From: Phoronis australis
Taxonomy: Eukaryota > Animalia > Phoronida
Assembly (NCBI GenBank): GCA_002633005.1
Contig: NMRA01000400.1
Coordinates: 124,001 to 188,000, forward strand
Reading direction: 5' to 3'
DNA: 64,000 bases
A program made the translations under genes and the position numbers. The notes under the pieces are model-generated. The model had not been told where the DNA came from, searched no databases, and saw only the letters and a list, made by a program, of their open reading frames with translations. Positions 49,683-62,718 of the stretch are shown here, in pieces. Position 1 is the stretch's first letter. The number at the start of each line of letters is the position of its first letter.

Positions 49683-51943
49683 AAAAGTCTGCTTTCCGAA
49701 AGGTATTGGCTAAGGATGCAGACACCGGATCGATCTGGTCACACATCCCCTAACGAGACTCTTCTGTTCAATTTACATAATTTGTTAAAGAAGAAATTTA
49801 ACACCGTTCTCTCCGAGAGAAAAGTAATTTCAGAGAACACCAGAACCAAAACCACCAACTCGGCAGTAGCAGCCTAACACCCTACTAATGAGACAAATGC
49901 CACCCATTAAATAGCATAGTATATTCAGCCTAGTATTTAAATGGCGAATATACTGGCGTTAATTTACGCGTCTGGATGTCTTGAAAACAATTCGCAGAAT
50001 CACAGCAGCACAAGCCATGTTGTTGTTTTATAGCTCTGATCAAAGCTAATAAATTCAAGAAGTCTGCGTTTGATTGGCCACCAAAACGACAACATCTCTT
50101 TCAGGATACTACATCCTGTGTTGGTGATTTAACTCAAAGTGCTTTCGCCAATTTCATTGTTCAGCTAAAGCTTTGTCTCCACTCCGGTCACACCACGAAT
50201 GCGTGGTTATTGCCCGGCCGTCATGCATTGAGTCACTCACAGGGTTAGTTAACATGCATATTAAGCATTTGCTGTATGGAGTTGATGAACTTGAATCAAA
50301 CTTGAAGGATTGGGAAAAGTCTAAAGAGCATTGTTTTCTTTCAAATATTCAAGAGCTAAGTCCGCGTTAAAATCCAGTAATTAAATAGTCAAAATCTGAC
50401 TAATACCCTTTTAAAACGACCATCTGAGTAAAAAGACAGTAATATGTAGGCAACTATTTACCATTTCCTTGCAAACAGACTAACTTTTTGAAAAAAAAAT
50501 AAATAACGGCAACACATTATTTTTCATTAAAACTGCATATTGCCCTGTATAGATGGCAAAAACAAAAATTGAATTAGGTTATTTACTCTCATAAAGTCGA
50601 TCTCACGATATTCCTCACCACGACAGAATTCTATATCAGTTATGGGAAAAAACATCGAAATCCTTGACCACTCAAGATAAGACGGTCGACATGTGCCAAC
50701 GACTGCATCTCAAATGGTGTACTTCTTGAGTTGCTCATTAGCGTCATAAATAAGGACACTAGATAGCGCAAATAAAATGACGTCGCAAACTATTTAAAGA
50801 AAAGTTTTGCAAAACTAAATGAAAATCCATCAAGGACCTCTAACCATACTGAGACAAATGTAAAAAAAATCACCTTGCCCCTAGGGAGCAAATTGGTAGC
50901 TGGATCTGCCCGAAAAGAATTTGTCTTCTGTTCACAAGAATGTGCCAAATTTTCAAATAAACCCTAGCAGGGGGTTAGATGATACAGCAGTTGATGCGAA
51001 CACATGGTGGCGCACAGTAGTCAGACTCGTCGGAAAACCAACATCAGTTAACTATTGTAAGTAGGAACATATCTGCCAATTTTTGAAATGATCCTCCAAG
51101 CAGTTTCATGATACAGGGGCGGACAAAAACAATAAAAATGGCCGCCAGATGGCAGAGAACTGGAACGTGCTGCTGGCTTCATAAAAACAGGTAAATGAAC
51201 TCTTGAAGATACAGGAGCAAATCTTAAAGACTAAAATTGTCACTTGAGTACAGTAATTCTCTATTTCTTCTGCACAGAAGTAGTTGTCAAAGGCTGATTA
51301 CTTTGCTACAGACAATGGGAACTTAAATAAATATTGTTTTTAAGGCATCCTTACAGTACAGACCATTCCAAAATGACGCATGACAGACTGGGACTTGTGC
51401 CAGTTGCGGAAATGGTATCCCATCACAGCAATACTGATTTTATGAGAGTAAACAGCATAATGGTAATGTATTAGTAAATATTATTTACCTTTCCTAGTAA
51501 TCTGATTGGCATTTTGAATAAGTAACTAAAACTTGTAGTACATATATAATAGCAACAAATACGAGCTACAAATTGGTTGCCATTTCATAACATCTTTGTA
51601 ATGAATTACACTGACTATTAAAGATAATAACATAAAGGGCGGAGTCCACCATACTTTACTGACATCTGACTTGACAACTAACCAGTCACGAGTTACATTT
51701 TGAAATTTCCCTCGATGCGATTGGTCAAATCTTGAACGAAGTCTGGCAGTCCACATTTATGGCTGTAACTAAAATATTCGAGTAGCAAACTTAGCCAAAC
51801 CTTTCTAAAAAAAGAGTCACTAAGAAATAACAATTTCTGCACACTGAATGTAAGAACAACATGCAGAAAACTGATATTCACACCATAACTACTAACAACA
51901 AAGTTTCTTCAATTTAGAACACAATATGGGTGAACAGCACCAT

Positions 51944-51949
51944 TTTATT
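51944..51949 (-). terminator. Candidate polyadenylation signal of the MFS gene (3'UTR about 2.6 kb)
   Basis: AATAAA on the minus strand, followed downstream by GT/T-rich sequence. Inference only. Confidence 0.35.
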
Positions 51950-54589
51950 GAGACAAAATTTCCCAGAAAACAAATAGAAGAAATTTTCATGTCATTATTT
52001 GCATACTGGTTCACATTGTACAGTAGTCACCAACAAACAGATGATTAAGTTTTGACCAATAATATCTTTTGAAAAATGGAAAGACTATTTTGAAAACTAC
52101 TTTTGTTCTAATTTGAAGACACTGTAGCGCATGCCCCTTAAACAACATTGGCAAGTAAGGTGAAACACAATTGCTCAGACTGAATAGTTTCCCTAACTTT
52201 AAAACATGCCAGCCCCTATGTACAATTTGTATCACTTGTTAATGGTCACAGCTAGACCTGTGAGCAGAGAGGTGGTAAGCACCCAACTGGGCCCAGTCAA
52301 TGGCAGCCTGGACTAATACATTCTGAAGTACAAAAAGGCATTCATTTTGAGAGCTATGGTTTTTCTTACAACTTGATATAACTAACTCGCTAATAACTAA
52401 GAACAAAGTAATAAAAGCTAAATAGAAACCAAATAACATTTAAAATAAATAAATATGCAGACATGTAATTCAAATGCAAACAACAGTTTTTGAAATAAAC
52501 TGAACAACATCAGAATTCAACAGTTTTGGGACATAGTATTGCAACAAAATACCCATTTCTTTTCTAGCAGACTCCCCTTCAATTCCGGCTAAATCTCAAC
52601 AGGTGTCTAAATCGCGACAACTAACTACTTGAGTACATTTATAGATAAACAACTAGTGGCGTGGCGTAATAGCGCCACATTAAACTCTGACAAAAGCTCA
52701 ACAAAAACACTGAATTATTGCAATAAAAGTTTGACAAAACTCGTCACATAAAAGAATTCTGGCAAGACATTCATTCAAGTTTGGCAGAGTTGTATTGAAA
52801 TCTGTCCAGTTTATTTCGAAAACTATTGCATTAACTGTGTACCATTAATAACTAGGTAAGACATGCACACCATTCAGAGAATAGATGATCAACATCATGT
52901 CAGCCAGTGTGATTCAGCAAAGCTAAACCGGAAGACTTTTCCGGAAATTGGTTTTGGCAACAGGCTTCTATGCGCGGAAGACAACGATAATCACTACCAT
53001 GAAACATCCACTGTCAGTGGTAATTTGTAACTAGTTTAGCACCTGAGTGTGAGAACAGATGGAATTTAATTTTGTCAAAATTCAAAACAAAAATAATGAA
53101 CACGGAAAACAGTCTTCATTCACACAGTTTTTAAAGTGCAGTTGTCGTAAAGTTTTGTTAAATTTCAAAAAGAAAAACACATTGAAGCAAGTAAGTGATA
53201 TTCATTTTTCCGTGAACTCTGATGAATTGCTAATTTTAAGCTCATCCAATAGATTTGACCAATCAAAACTAAGTTTTATACATAAGGGATCTGGGTGAAC
53301 CAATCAATGCAGTAAAAATTCTCCAATGAGGAAAAAGACACTTGTTTTGCTCAAATTAGCACCCTGTACCAAATTTTAGAACAGGCACCCAGCAGAGCCA
53401 AAGCTATAACTTCAGTGAGAGGGTTTACTGAATTAGGAGCTGCGTTATTGAAAACAAAAAAAGCAAATTTACATATGAGCATAGACTTAAAATGTAAGCA
53501 TGACAGTCAAATTTGAGAACAGTGATCTGAAATCAAATTAAAAGCCAGGACTTGCTTCACCAATGAGAAATACACCAGAGATTCATCAGTTTCTTGACAC
53601 CCCTTCTGAGATTGCGTAACAGCAAACGATCCTTAAGGATGAGAACGCGTAACCCTTTGACTTGACATATTTTGTGACACTAACTTTTGTGCGAATCATT
53701 TCAACATCCCACTGCACTATAATGGCAATTTGGCGGCAAAATGCATAGTGAAATTGCACTACTTCGGTTCTCCAGCCATAACAAAATTCTGCTGTAGATG
53801 ACATCGAACATTAGTCCCACAAAACACTCTTAAAGCTTATACCAAAATGTGGCACAATAGAAAATATTTTTTGCTACTTTCAATGGGGCCATTTCCCAAA
53901 AATAGATACATGGAGCATAAAACATCTAACCACAGTTATATTTGTGAAACCTACACTGTGAAAAAAGGATCTTTCATGGTCAATAGATACACCCTCCAGG
54001 TGGAGCTAGTGTTATGTGACCAAGCAATCCATTGGCTAAACTCACAAATACCTTGACCAATCAACAGCATGTCAAGATATATGGGGCAGTAGTATGACAT
54101 TCACTGCAGCACTATTTACAGAACCGCACACTAGAATTTGACATTTGGCACACAGTGTTTTGGATCTGACAACAAGACTTAATCGCTGGCAGCAGTATTA
54201 GCAGTGACTAAATACTGAAATCAAAGGACTGACTAGAACACTTATGGGTCTGCTCAGAGAATAACGGCTCTATCATCCACTGAGAGACGACCTACTTAGT
54301 AAAAGGGTAAAAATTCATCACCTTGAGACACAGTATGGCGGATAGGCGAAATTTCATTTTGTCAAATTTCTAAACAAAAGCAACTTTTCAGGACAATTTA
54401 CTTGGCCCAGCTATTACCATTGATCATTAAGTAAAATTTTGAGCAATTGCTATAATGTCATAAGTCTTTGAAAAATAGAAATATGTAATCATTTTTGTAC
54501 CAAATTGAAGAATTTTTCTCGTATGCAAATCTAAGTATTATGTAGGAAGTAGTGACAAAATGCTCATACAGACACAGATCCAGTCTAAC

Positions 54590-54780
54590 TTAGACAGACT
54601 GCAACGTAACGGCGGGACGGTTGTGAGGAAGACTCTCAAAGACACGGCAAGCTTTAGCGGTGGACAGGACAGCGATGAAGGTCAAGCCCACCATTATGAA
54701 GAACATACCAGACCAGCCGAACTGGTCCGCCACGAAGCCGATCACAGGTCCCTCCAGGACGGTGCCGACGCTGCCGAAGC
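54590..54780 (-). CDS. MFS transporter terminal exon (GFGSVGTVLEGPVIGFVADQFGWSGMFFIMVGLTFIAVLSTAKACRVFESLPHNRPAVTLQSV*)
   Basis: cgcccacag| acceptor, stop TAA at 54590-54592. The ten exons total 1005 nt = 334 aa + stop with consistent phases. Confidence 0.93.
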
Positions 54781-55718
54781 CTGTGGGCGTTAATTGTTTA
54801 AATTTATTTCATGACTACAGGTATATAAATATAGATAACGTTACTCCCCAGAAATCCAGAGGTGTTGATGCAAGAATGACATCAGCAGTTATGAAAGCAC
54901 ATATCAAATACGTTGAAATTCAGCGCATTGACTCCAAAGATTACAGGTCATGTGATATAACCATGTAATGTGACCAACAGACGACGTGAATGGAGGTTGC
55001 GTGCAATGCAAAGAAAGTGACTCACAAGTTGAGGAAACAGAAGGCAAAGTACGGCAGACTAACACAATCAAAAAATGCCATTGGAGGGCACAGTTAACAA
55101 CAAAAACATGAACGTGTCATTACCACATTATAGTCAATGGCAAAACATAAAATTCTGACAAACGATGATCAGTACCACCGCACGTGTCAGAAGTTTGACA
55201 GGTTTGTTTCACTTTATGTGGCAATGCACATACAGTAGTTATCAAAATAAACTAGGCAAACTTCACCAAAATGTTGTCACCTTTCCAGAATTAATGGTGG
55301 AGAACTTAAATACTTATCATAGTCTTCTTCAAGAAAAAATGATGGAAAAACTGACAAGTCAAAAACATTAATTTTGTCAACTAAAGCACATTTTCATACC
55401 TAATAAGATTTCTCAAAAATCTCCATTATTTTGGCCCAATTCCGCTGAGAGTGGGTGCAAAATGTAGATTTTCTAATTGTGATTTTTTTCAATGCAGAAT
55501 CTTCCAAAATAATTTGTCTATTACCTGTAATAATCTTTATAAAACCCATATTCAGTGGGATAAGCGGCCTTTCTCCCATGGAACATTGAATGTCACATGA
55601 GAGATTTCATCTTCAATTTGTGCCGTGTAATAAATTATCCATGAAACATACTCTCCAATAGAGGGCTCTTATTTTGCAAGACTGAGATAATTCCCACCAT
55701 TGCTCCAGATCAATCCTA

Positions 55719-56101
55719 CCAGTGTTTTCCGTAGATAAGCCCACCTGATGAAACGCTCATGGGCCTTTATTCAGAAAATTACGCGGTGCTACAACTTCTG
55801 GTGTCAAGTGTCCAGATAGTGGGGTGTTTATTTGGAAAATTTCCTCATAAAAACCCACTCCCAGTCAACTTTTCATCACAAATTCAATTTTATGGTGTTA
55901 GCAAACTATGCATTTATTAACATAGATTTTAAAAACACAGTTTTAACTAAAAAATATCAAAGACAACAAGACTATGACTTTCCGTTTACACGCCCCCTTT
56001 TTCCGAATAAACGCCTGGGCGTTTATTTGGTGTTACTAAAATGCCTGAAAATTTTCATTTTCCGAATGCACGCCCATGGGCTTATCTAAGGAAAATCCCG
56101 G
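55719..56101. mobile_element. Degenerate pogo/Tc2-like MITE, intronic
   Basis: TA|CCAGTGTTTTCCGTAGATAAGCCCA ... TGGGCTTATCTAAGGAAAATCCCGG|TA imperfect TIR. Confidence 0.7.
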
Positions 56102-56220
56102 TAGCATTTAGTTTCAGTACAACTTGGTGAGATTGCAACGAAGTCAGACACAGTTCGCACCAGCATGATGAGCCAAAACAAGCTCTCACATGATTCAATG
56201 GTAGTGTTTTAATCTCTCAC

Positions 56221-56295
56221 CATTAATAAATCCCACGACAGCTGCGGCGGCATTCCGACCATCCATTTCCCCTAGAACAGCTGGAAACGAACCAC
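56221..56295 (-). CDS. MFS transporter exon (GGSFPAVLGEMDGRNAAAAVVGFIN)
   Basis: ttccctgcag|...AATG|gtgaga; 75 nt, phase 1/1. Confidence 0.92.
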
Positions 56296-56727
56296 CTGCA
56301 GGGAAGAATATCCGAAATTAAACTTAGGTAATTGTGTGACGGAGCAGGGACAAAATTTTCAGATCAGGGGAGATAACCAAAAAACAACTGTACACCAGAA
56401 TTTAAAATCCAGAACGTAACTGCTTTTATAACGCTCATTTCAAGTATGAACTCCAGAAATGTGTTTGAATACAAAAAGATTATAAATAACGTTATGCCAG
56501 GGAAATGGCATTTTTGTCTGTTACTTTTGGTTATGCTTTCAACGCTTTCATGTGTGCGACTAATCCATTTGGTACGTCTCAAAGTAGTAAGAAATAATCC
56601 CAGCTTGACAGCAGCTGTCTAACATACCAAATGGCAAAGATAAGCAACTGAATATTCAGAATTCATTAGAATCAAAAATGTTCACTAGTGCTTAAAGAGC
56701 ACCTCAACATGAATTGGGAAACTACTA

Positions 56728-57245
56728 CAGGGCTTGGAATGACCAATGACAAAAAACGCGGAAACTTTTTACGGCCCAAAACATGCGCGCTACCCAGCCT
56801 TGAAATAGTCGATGTGAACCTTTCGCCGACAAAATCCGGTAGGACTAAAAAAACCTTACCACCATATCAGTAGCATGCGTCTGCGTCTTTTTATCTCGTC
56901 CATCCACTCCTCCACTACCACCCCCACACATTTTTGGCTGCAGAGACGTAGTATTTGTCACCGCGGTTTACAATCACACGAAACGCCATTGAAAATCCCA
57001 CCACGCTATCCCAGATGCCCCGGCAATGTTGACAATTTACGATCCTCCGAAACATAAAGAGCAACTTCCGCTTTTCGAGGTGAACGTCGTCGGCAACGCC
57101 GCGGTAAGAAAGGAATTTGCCGCGGAAATTTTATATGAAATCCGATTTTTTTACGCGGAAATATAATAAAATGCGCGGAAAGAACATTTGAAAAAAGCGG
57201 AAATCCGCGTTTCCGCCGCGTTTCCGCGGGAAATTCCAAGCCCTG
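56728..57245. mobile_element. Non-autonomous TIR element with 6-bp TSD (hAT6-like MITE), intronic
   Basis: Perfect 13-bp TIR CAGGGCTTGGAAT / ATTCCAAGCCCTG; TSD CTACTA; subterminal CGCGGAAA repeats; second copy at 63528. Confidence 0.9.
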
Positions 57246-57555
57246 CTACTAACAGCTTCTCCACCATGATGGAAAATTTCACTTGCAGTCAAAATGACGG
57301 GCAATAATAGAGAATTCTGGGTCATTTTGTCATATATCTAAGGAAAGAGTATTGCAGATGCAATAGTTTTCAAAGAAAAGCTAACAAAATTGCATCTCGA
57401 TTACAATCGGCCAATTTTCAAACATGTTAGTTTTTGTATGGTTTCCTTCAAGGTTTGTCAGAACTCTGACGAAATGTCATTTTTTGAAAACTACTGCACT
57501 CAATACCAAAAACATCGAAAGTAATGATAGTTTAAAGTTCTGACAACACTCTTAC

Positions 57556-57716
57556 CCAATAGCATGTCGGGGCCACAGTTGAAAGCACCAGCCAGAAACA
57601 TGCAGATACAGTTAATGATGACGCCCCACCTGGACGTGAACTTGTAGACGGCTAAAGAGATCATGCTGAGTATAATTATCCAGGTTACGCCATAGAGCGT
57701 CCGACCGTGAAACACC
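57556..57716 (-). CDS. MFS transporter exon (VFHGRTLYGVTWIIILSMISLAVYKFTSRWGVIINCICMFLAGAFNCGPDMLL)
   Basis: cttcacag|...TTGG|gtaaga; 161 nt, phase 2/1. Two TM helices and the GP motif of TM10. Confidence 0.93.
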
Positions 57717-58509
57717 CTGTGAAGCAGAAGACGACAGATCTCAGTTAACAGCAACAATAACGAAAATTCAAACAAAACTACTTAGTACCAAAACTTTCAT
57801 TTTTCATTTAATGCTTCTACAGGATATGTTTCCTCTAGAGTCATTTTGCACAAAACTCAGATTTGACAATATCCAAAAATTACACTTTTCTATCATATTG
57901 AGTGTTGAATAGGCAAAGAATTGTAGCCAATAAAATGCGGTCAGAGCTTGTGAAATCTGACTTCTTTCACAGAGTTAGAGGTTTCAAACGAAGTGCACAC
58001 ATTTTAATAGTACACACGACTATTCTAGTATTTTTGGGATTTAAGAATTAAGAACACAATCCGTCAAATTCCACATTTCAGGACACAAACCGATCAACGG
58101 GGGTTTTGCACCAGACGTATGCAATATTCAAGAAAACAACGGTTTTAAAACTTGACATGCTTCGGTGTCATTTATTCAACACCATCCTCAGAAGTGATAG
58201 TATAGTGGCCACCTAGCTAGGCCCAGCAACAAGTAATGAAGCACAGATAGTCAGTTACAGGGAGTGACAATGAACTAGACCACCAACAACAACCTGTGGT
58301 GTGTCAGTTGCCTATTGAGATTGCAAGTAGTTGCTGATTAATTAAGTCTGAAGGTGGCGTTCGTTCTTTTTCCAGTACTGAGAAACAGCAAAATGGGGCC
58401 ATAGCATAAGAAAGTAAGGTAATTCCCAAGTCATTTTTACGTTCTCATAATGGGGACCTGGTGAATGACAATGAAGGAAATAACACAAAAGCTCACTTAG
58501 CAAACTAAC

Positions 58510-58604
58510 CTGTCTATTACGAAACCTATAAGTGCACTTCCAACAACGCCGCCAATTTCGAATACTGTAGCGTACATCCCCGCTTCCACCTTGGAATAAT
58601 TTAA
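58510..58604 (-). CDS. MFS transporter exon (LNYSKVEAGMYATVFEIGGVVGSALIGFVIDR)
   Basis: ttgtcgtag|...AG|gttagt; 95 nt, phase 0/2. FEIGG..G...G...DR TM8 motif. Confidence 0.93.
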
Positions 58605-59085
58605 CTACGACAAGATACGAGAAATGAAACGTTACTTTGGATTTGGTGAAGCCAGAAGACGGTAACATTTTAAGATATAGCAGGCCCACAAACACTGCTT
58701 TTACTCCAAATAATGGTACACGCACATGTTAACATACTGCAGTTCATTAATGTTACAATTTATAAAATGAACAGCAATAAGATTAGAACATCAAAAGTAT
58801 AATCTAGGTGAAAATTTATATGGCTTTGTAAATAAAACTGCATCTGAGCTAACAGTCAGGTTAAATCAAAACAAAGTTCGACTTTTCAGTTTATCGGCTA
58901 CACACAAATAGGTGGATCACAAGTGACAGACGTTTTCATTGGTGAACTGCTGGAGGGCCAACAGGTCACTGCGATGTATTTGCATACCGATCGGCCAATC
59001 ACAGTTTGAGTTATCTTCTCAAGTCAACATTCACTGTAGACATAGAAACAAATTTGTCAATTTGTTCAAAAAGATAGTTACGTAC

Positions 59086-59176
59086 ATAATATAGTAAGTA
59101 TAGAGGGAGCCACATGTACATAGTGTAACGGACAATTTTCAGGCAGAACATAGAGATTGCAACCTCCGGAATGGTC
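59086..59176 (-). CDS. MFS transporter exon (TIPEVAISMFCLKIVRYTMYMWLPLYLLYY)
   Basis: tcctttttcag|...TAT|gtacgt; 91 nt, phase 2/0. K-x-V-R-Y...WLPLYL TM7 motif. Confidence 0.93.
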
Positions 59177-59690
59177 CTGAAAAAGGAGAAAACAAAATAC
59201 CAAGACATTGGTATGAAACAGTTAATAAAAAACAAGATTAATTCAAACAATCTTATGGTGAAAAAATTATAACAGAGTGACATTCAGAAGTAGTGTCATG
59301 TGATTTTGAAGGAAATATTAATTGGAAATTATGAAAACAAGCTGAACAAGTTAAAATTAGCTAATTGAGACATTGCGATACAGTGACAACAGGTGTCGTG
59401 TTTAAAAAATGATCATTAGACAGGGAGTTCTTTATCTAAAATGGTGTCCATTTTCATCTCAACAATTAGAATCTCCATGGTCAAACCATAGCTACGTACA
59501 TCATTGTGTTATAAATCAGAATTTGAATGTGGTAGACGGCATATGTTGGTTATATCCCGTGACCTAGAGTTAAGTATGAAAACATTTCTGTACTGCAACA
59601 TTACGCAAACATAAGAGAGACTTCCCAAACAAATTTTATTTTGTCTGTGTTGTGTTAGTTTAAGGTTAGCGATCAACTCCTGCCACTTAC

Positions 59691-59754
59691 GGTATTTTGA
59701 CGATTTCTCTTAGACTTGGCCTGTTTTGTTCCTGGCCTTTTCCACTTTGAATGG
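59691..59754 (-). CDS. MFS transporter exon, central loop (AIQSGKGQEQNRPSLREIVKIP)
   Basis: tttaaacag|...ACC|gtaagt; 64 nt, phase 1/2, exactly bridging the phases of the flanking exons. Confidence 0.87.
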
Positions 59755-60346
59755 CTGTTTAAAGTAAATCAAAAAGTGGATTTATTCACAAGTTTCAAGC
59801 AGTGACTTTCCCTCCAGATATTAGTAAATCTGTAGGGCTTCCCGTTTACAATAGTTACGAAAGTCAGTTTAGTTCATAGTTCATGCATAAGGAAACAGTT
59901 TACATCTCTTGACTTCAAACACCTTATCAACAACACAGGCCCAAATGAAAGGCAAAAATATAGCAAAACTGAAAACAAACAAATTGTGCTGTACGTCTAT
60001 TCTGTATTTCCTAGCTAAGTATAGATGGCACTGTATGTCCAGTTGTGTAACACATTGTCACAACTACTCTGACTATTAGTTCGTTATTAAGAGCTTCCCA
60101 CGTTTCCTGCCACGAGACCCCTGTCTCATCTCTAACTAAACCCCACGTACAAAATACAAACAAACCATGCTATATCAACAGCAGAATACAAAACCTTTTC
60201 ATCTCATTTTTGAAAATACTAAGACAAAAAAATTAAGTCATGAACCAAAAGCCTAACTTCTGCTTGAAATGCATATTTTTGAGACAGTTCTACCCCCCTC
60301 TTTCCCATTCTTTACTGAACTTCCCTCATGACCATGACCGTCTTAC

Positions 60347-60419
60347 CTTTTCCAGGAATCTCAATATTGAGGTCAGCGGGCTGCTTAAAGAATAGCAACA
60401 CTACAATGCCAAAGACAGC
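60347..60419 (-). CDS. MFS transporter exon (AVFGIVVLLFFKQPADLNIEIPGK)
   Basis: actttctag|...AAAG|gtaaga; 73 nt, phase 0/1, in frame with both neighbours. Confidence 0.9.
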
Positions 60420-60580
60420 CTAGAAAGTAGCACAGCAAGATAGATCAGACAGCAATTGTGGTAATTTCTGTTTGTACAATAAATGCCAGAAACAATTCGA
60501 CAAAGTATGGCTCAAACGCATTGCGCCATGACTCATCAAACCAGGTACCGTACACTAATGATGAATTACACCAGCACTAG

Positions 60581-60655
60581 GCCGTCATGACGGTGTATCC
60601 ACCTGTGCTCAGTCATCATGACGGTATGTCCACCTGTACTCTGCCGCCATGATGG
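60581..60655. repeat. 31-bp minisatellite, about 2.3 copies, intronic
   Basis: TCATGACGGT...TCCACCTGT at 60585 and 60616, partial third copy at 60647. Confidence 0.75.
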
Positions 60656-60917
60656 GAATCATTTTGTTTGATTGGTTTTTTGAGTACTGTACTGGCCATC
60701 TACAAGTCTCCTCATGGCAAAGTTAGCAAATATACCAAAGACTGCACATCTCAGACTTGCATAAGCAAAATTTACTTAGCTCAAAAAACCAGTTGATACA
60801 CATTCAACCTTTTAGACAGTGTAACGATACTTCATCAGTACTCCTCTGAATGTCATAACATGGTGTACCTCAATATCAGATTGTATTACGCAAAAAATGA
60901 ACTATCAAAAAACTTAC

Positions 60918-60977
60918 GACAACGACAGCAGGTACAAGGAAACAAGCTCTCCATCCGTAGTGTGCCTGCAGCGCCAC
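60918..60977 (-). CDS. MFS transporter exon (VALQAHYGWRACFLVPAVVV)
   Basis: ggtcacag|...GTC|gtaagt; 60 nt. GWR..F motif preceding TM6. Confidence 0.92.
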
Positions 60978-61627
60978 CTGTGACCAATGAAAGATCAAAA
61001 TCACAAACAGAAGAATGACAAATTCAGAAACAAAGCAAATCAAAAAAAAACAGAAAAGCACTCTTCAAAGTTCTACACCGTGTTATATTTCATTTGTTGT
61101 TTGGCGTAAATGAAATTATCCTTCAGTTTGTCATCAGTGTGGAAATATTCCCAACACAAGACAAAAACCAACCAGTTCAAGGTTGCCAACTGTGTTTGGG
61201 GATGTCGCAGTAGGCCAGTGGGTCAAAGGTCACCTGCTGATTCCAAATCACTCTCACCAGTAGTGTGGTTATACTATGCACATTGTATTGAGACATTAGC
61301 AAAAGGTGTATAAAACTTAGAGAAGAATCCTTGGTAGACAATGGTGAGTCTAGAATGTTTTGATTTTATTAACAAAATCAAGATGTGATGGCAAGTTCAC
61401 AACTGCTGTTTTCTTCAGTAATATTCTGATTGCATATAACCGCAATCTTTTCTTATATCATCTTTATTGAAAATGAACATTTCTGACCCACTGATTAAAA
61501 GCCACATGTGACTCTATTACTCAGTTTTCTTTGAGTAACACAAGACCGTCTTATAACAATAACTTTTCAAAGTGTCTTGGTGATACACAAGAAAACGATA
61601 CAGGTCTTCATGGACAAAAAAACGCAC

Positions 61628-61753
61628 CGCCACACCAGATCCAACGATGCCACCCACGAAGGCGCACGTGCCAAACAGGCCAAAGATTCTGTCCTTGGTG
61701 TTGTCGGCAAACCAGTTGCCGAGAGCTTTGGAGCAATTTGGCCAGCACTGGGA
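61628..61753 (-). CDS. MFS transporter exon (SQCWPNCSKALGNWFADNTKDRIFGLFGTCAFVGGIVGSGVA)
   Basis: actttcag|...GCG|gtgcgt; 126 nt, phase 0/0. WP...GNWF motif of the GlpT/SLC37 family. Confidence 0.92.
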
Positions 61754-62425
61754 CTGAAAGTGTAAAGTACGGTACTAAGAGTTACAAACAATCGTTCACA
61801 CTAATTTAGAAGCAGACGCCAGAAAACCACTTAACAATGGCACAAATACAAAATCAAACCATGTGAACTGCAAAAAGCACAAATCGTTCAAACAAAAATT
61901 AAGCACAAAAGTATTCGTACTAAAAACATGAAAGAATGTAATTCTCATAACGCTCAAGCCTATATTGAGAAGTGACTGGGTTAAAGTCGGAAAAGATCAT
62001 TAACTGCTGGACTTTTCAAGTTAATTGGACTGTGTGGATCATAACTGACCTTTGCAGTGGATTCATGCAGTGCTATTCTTTGTGTTGAAAAGTAGTTGTT
62101 TTGGTGTCAAACTATATCTTAAAGTCTCAACATAAAAAAATCATCAATGTAACGTTACTTGCAAACTTTGCACCGTCGCGTTTGGAACATCCGATCATCT
62201 TGGCTAAGACTGAAATTAAGACATCTTTAAATCAATAAGACTGCCCCCCTTTAAGTTTTGTCATTCCTCGTGTTTCCGTACATCATTATTCTAAGACATT
62301 CTGTTGTTTGCAACTGGAAGTCCCTTATAGCAAGAATTGGGCCAATCTGATAAGTTTATCATTCTTTTGCACATTACAATCAGTGTGAATAAGCAAAATA
62401 AATTAATAAACAAAAGCACACTAAC

Positions 62426-62494
62426 CTGTGCAAACCCGTTTATGAAGAGAAACATCATGAAGATCCATAGACTACTAAAATGACCAAAGGAGCA
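62426..62494 (-). CDS. GlpT/SLC37A-type MFS transporter, first exon visible in window (CSFGHFSSLWIFMMFLFINGFAQ); upstream exons lie beyond 64000
   Basis: tttgtctttcag|...CAG|gttagt; 69 nt, phase 0/0. NGFAQ matches TM4 of organophosphate:Pi antiporters. Confidence 0.9.
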
Positions 62495-62665
62495 CTGAAA
62501 GACAAATGCATTACAATTACACTGTGCGTGCTTCAACGTCAAGTGCAACCGGCAACTTCCATCGTACAGTCGACATTCAAAACAGTTAATTTTGAAGATT
62601 TCTGTCATCAGCATACTTAAAAGCTACTGTTACATAAAGAGCACCAGTCCGCTACAGCAGTCCCA

Positions 62666-62718
62666 CCGAGCAGTGAGCGATTAAGTGAGCATGGGCGTTA
62701 ACCCGAACGTTTACGGTA
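62666..62718 (-). mobile_element. Solo terminal fragment of the 38176 element
   Basis: GAGCATGGGCGTTAACCCGAACGTTTACGGTA is the reverse complement of that element's left end, with one mismatch. Confidence 0.8.
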
